From a virus (lineage: Duplodnaviria > Caudoviricetes), in the IMG/VR virus record IMGVR_UViG_3300046780_000140, positions 1-57,991 of that record: DNA of 57,991 bases. The stretch is one strand, 5' to 3'. A program made the position numbers and the translations under genes. Shown here piece by piece: positions 55,839 through 57,991 of the stretch (position 1 is its first letter; each line of letters opens with the position of its first letter). The notes beneath the pieces were generated by a model, which did no database searches, had not been told where the DNA came from, and saw only the letters and a program-made list of their open reading frames with translations.

Positions 55839-57476
55839 TTAGAAGGCGTTGCCCCATGCCACCATGATGTCGTTGTTCTTCGGGGTAGCCGTCGGCATTG
55901 TCATGGCCGCCTGCAACGCCAGAACGGCACCGATGCCAGCGTCGATCTTGCGGCCGTCAGGCGGTTTCGTGAACACGTACAACGTGCGACCGTCATCAGC
56001 CTTCTCACGGGACTTCGGCACCGCTTTCACCATCGCCAAAATATGCGACGTCAGTTCGGCGTCCGCACCGTGTGACAGTGACCCTTCGATCACACCAGTC
56101 TCAAACCGGTCGCAGGCGGGGGACATCCGACGGGCCTGGTTGGTGTCGAAGAACACCACCACCCCGTCCTCCTTCGGTTTCCCGGCGTTCCACCGTTCCA
56201 TCCACCGCTCAATCTCCGTCTGCCACTTCGGGGGGTCACAGAACATGCGGCCCACGTCGTAGCGGTCGAACATTTCCTCCACCGCCCGTTCCACCTCGAG
56301 CCGGGGGACACGCCAGTCACCGGGGGCGTTCACGGGGCGACTCCAAATCTGGATGGGAAACAGGAACCCGTCGGCGGTGCAACCGATCAGTACCGTGCAG
56401 TCCCGGTTGATGGACCCGTCGAACCCGACCCCGATCCGCTCCTTAGCTCCCACCGTGCGTGTCGGGTCACCGAGAACGGCCCATAGGTCCGGGTCGATCG
56501 CCTTCGCCTCACCTTTGCGGTTCCAGTTGAAGAAGAACCGTTCCGAGTCAGGCCACGGGTTGTCAGGGTCGCGGACATCGGCCACGATCCGGTTCAGGTC
56601 AACCCACCAGCACCCCTTGTAGGGGACACTGAGCGCCGCCTTCAAGATGTGGTCGGGGGCATCCAGGTCGACGGTGATGCCGTCAATGAGTGCAGGAGCC
56701 TCCACTGCGTCATAGAAGATGCCCGTGGTCCCCGAGGTGATCGCCTTATGGGTGCCCTCGGCTACCGAGTCCTCGCCGGGAACGAACCCGTTGGTCGTCT
56801 CGTAGCATCGGCCGTCCATCTTCGACGTGTTCCGCCGGATCGTGCGGGCCAGTTTCAGGCCACCGTTCTGGCGGGTCATCAGCCCTGTCTCGTCCAACGT
56901 GGCGTAGGTGACAGGTTGCCCTTCACGGGAACCGGCACGGGCCGTCACCGGTTCGATCTTCGCCTCCGACCGGTCCATCAGGATGCACCGGGTCAACCCG
57001 GCGTCGATCCGCAACTCATTGGCCAGTTTCTTGTCGTTGGCAGTCAGGAACGTGTGCAACGGGGTGTAAGTGTTCTCGTCCTGATCCTCCGACAGCGAAG
57101 CGATCTGAATCCACGGTGCTGGGTCACCCTTCGACCCCCACGGACGCCCCACTGGTTCACCGGGTTGGTAGCGGTACCCCCACGGGGAGATCTCACCTTT
57201 CTTCGCCCAATGGTCGAACCGGACCTCAAGGCGAAGCTCCGAGATGCACTTGGCGGCCTCAAGCGGCGACTTCCCCGAACCCTTCGACCTACGGGAACAC
57301 CCGCGCCGCCACACGAACTGACCGGAACGGGGATGGACCCGATACCAGTCCACCACCGTCAGCGCCTGCTCGTTCGTCAGTTCAAACGGACCCGACTCGT
57401 CACGGGGCGACGGGAACAGTTGGTACCAGGCTTCGATGAGCGCCCAACCAAGCGACAGATCCTGCTCGGTCAGCAC
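55839..57476 (-). CDS. terL: Terminase large subunit
   Basis: RSKGSGKSP (Walker A), ATLDET (Walker B), GFDGS..DCT, KIDAGIG. Confidence 0.93.
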   Translation of the reverse strand: MLTEQDLSLGWALIEAWYQLFPSPRDESGPFELTNEQALTVVDWYRVHPRSGQFVWRRGCSRRSKGSGKSPLEAAKCISELRLEVRFDHWAKKGEISPWGYRYQPGEPVGRPWGSKGDPAPWIQIASLSEDQDENTYTPLHTFLTANDKKLANELRIDAGLTRCILMDRSEAKIEPVTARAGSREGQPVTYATLDETGLMTRQNGGLKLARTIRRNTSKMDGRCYETTNGFVPGEDSVAEGTHKAITSGTTGIFYDAVEAPALIDGITVDLDAPDHILKAALSVPYKGCWWVDLNRIVADVRDPDNPWPDSERFFFNWNRKGEAKAIDPDLWAVLGDPTRTVGAKERIGVGFDGSINRDCTVLIGCTADGFLFPIQIWSRPVNAPGDWRVPRLEVERAVEEMFDRYDVGRMFCDPPKWQTEIERWMERWNAGKPKEDGVVVFFDTNQARRMSPACDRFETGVIEGSLSHGADAELTSHILAMVKAVPKSREKADDGRTLYVFTKPPDGRKIDAGIGAVLALQAAMTMPTATPKNNDIMVAWGNAF

Positions 57477-57518
57477 CCGTCAACCACCTCCAGATTGGTC
57501 ACGGTGTGACCAGCTACC

Positions 57519-57953
57519 TCACTCAGGAACCGCTCGCAACTTCCCGTACCTCGACGGCTGCTCAGCCACCGTCAACCCGACACCATCCTTCACCTCGGCC
57601 TTTGGCGGCTGCCACCGCCGATCCTGCTGACCCTTCGGGGTGATCCCAAACGTATCCATCGCTATCCGCAACTCACCGTGCCGCTGAAACTCGCCGCGCT
57701 CCACCTGATCGTACAACCGGATCAACTGTCGCAACGCCGGCAGATCCTCCGGTCCCCAATGAGACGCGAACCATGACCCCATCCACACCCGCCACGCCTC
57801 CTGGGACGGACCCATCAGATGCGCCGGTGGACTCGGATGCCTCTCCGAGTGCTGCCACCCGATGTCCGTCGTCGGCTTCCACTCATGGCCCGGCGTCGAT
57901 CGAGGGTTCCGTCTGGCGGAGATATCTTTCGGTGGTGCCCCACGACCAGCCAT
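57519..57953 (-). CDS. terS: Terminase small subunit
   Basis: MAGRGAPPK...ARRN, ELRIAMDTFGITPKGQQDRRW; directly upstream of terL. Confidence 0.82.
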   Translation of the reverse strand: MAGRGAPPKDISARRNPRSTPGHEWKPTTDIGWQHSERHPSPPAHLMGPSQEAWRVWMGSWFASHWGPEDLPALRQLIRLYDQVERGEFQRHGELRIAMDTFGITPKGQQDRRWQPPKAEVKDGVGLTVAEQPSRYGKLRAVPE

Positions 57954-57991
57954 TTGAGTTGCCTCCAGACTGCGACACACTGCGAATCGGG

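Noticed and set aside
55839-57476. Intein in terminase large subunit
   Set aside because: Normal length and no splicing motifs

Overview
Most of a tailed (siphovirus-like, HK97-fold capsid) phage or prophage genome of an actinobacterial host (high GC, WhiB, Lsr2 domain, leaderless sigmaA-type promoters). Nearly all genes are on the minus strand. Reading from the right end leftwards: terminases; intein-containing portal; extra virion genes; prohead protease; major capsid; head-tail genes interleaved with five glycosyltransferases, a methyltransferase, an acetyltransferase and HNH endonucleases; tail module; amidase endolysin; an accessory block; a membrane-protein cluster; a recombination module; a DpdA/QueF-like/VUT 7-deazaguanine cassette; WhiB; a replication initiator with internal iterons; and an intein-containing DnaB that runs off the left edge. 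The most striking element is 17152-18172: a gene encoding an Lsr2-like DNA-binding domain fused to a RAMP/Cas7-like domain, followed directly by 35 phased 5-nt units (GGY + variable dinucleotide) and a perfect 16-bp hairpin. This looks like a phage RNA-guided system (VIPR-type, from my recollection of that system). No integrase or CRISPR array is visible. All protein calls are by-eye motif recognition, not database searches.
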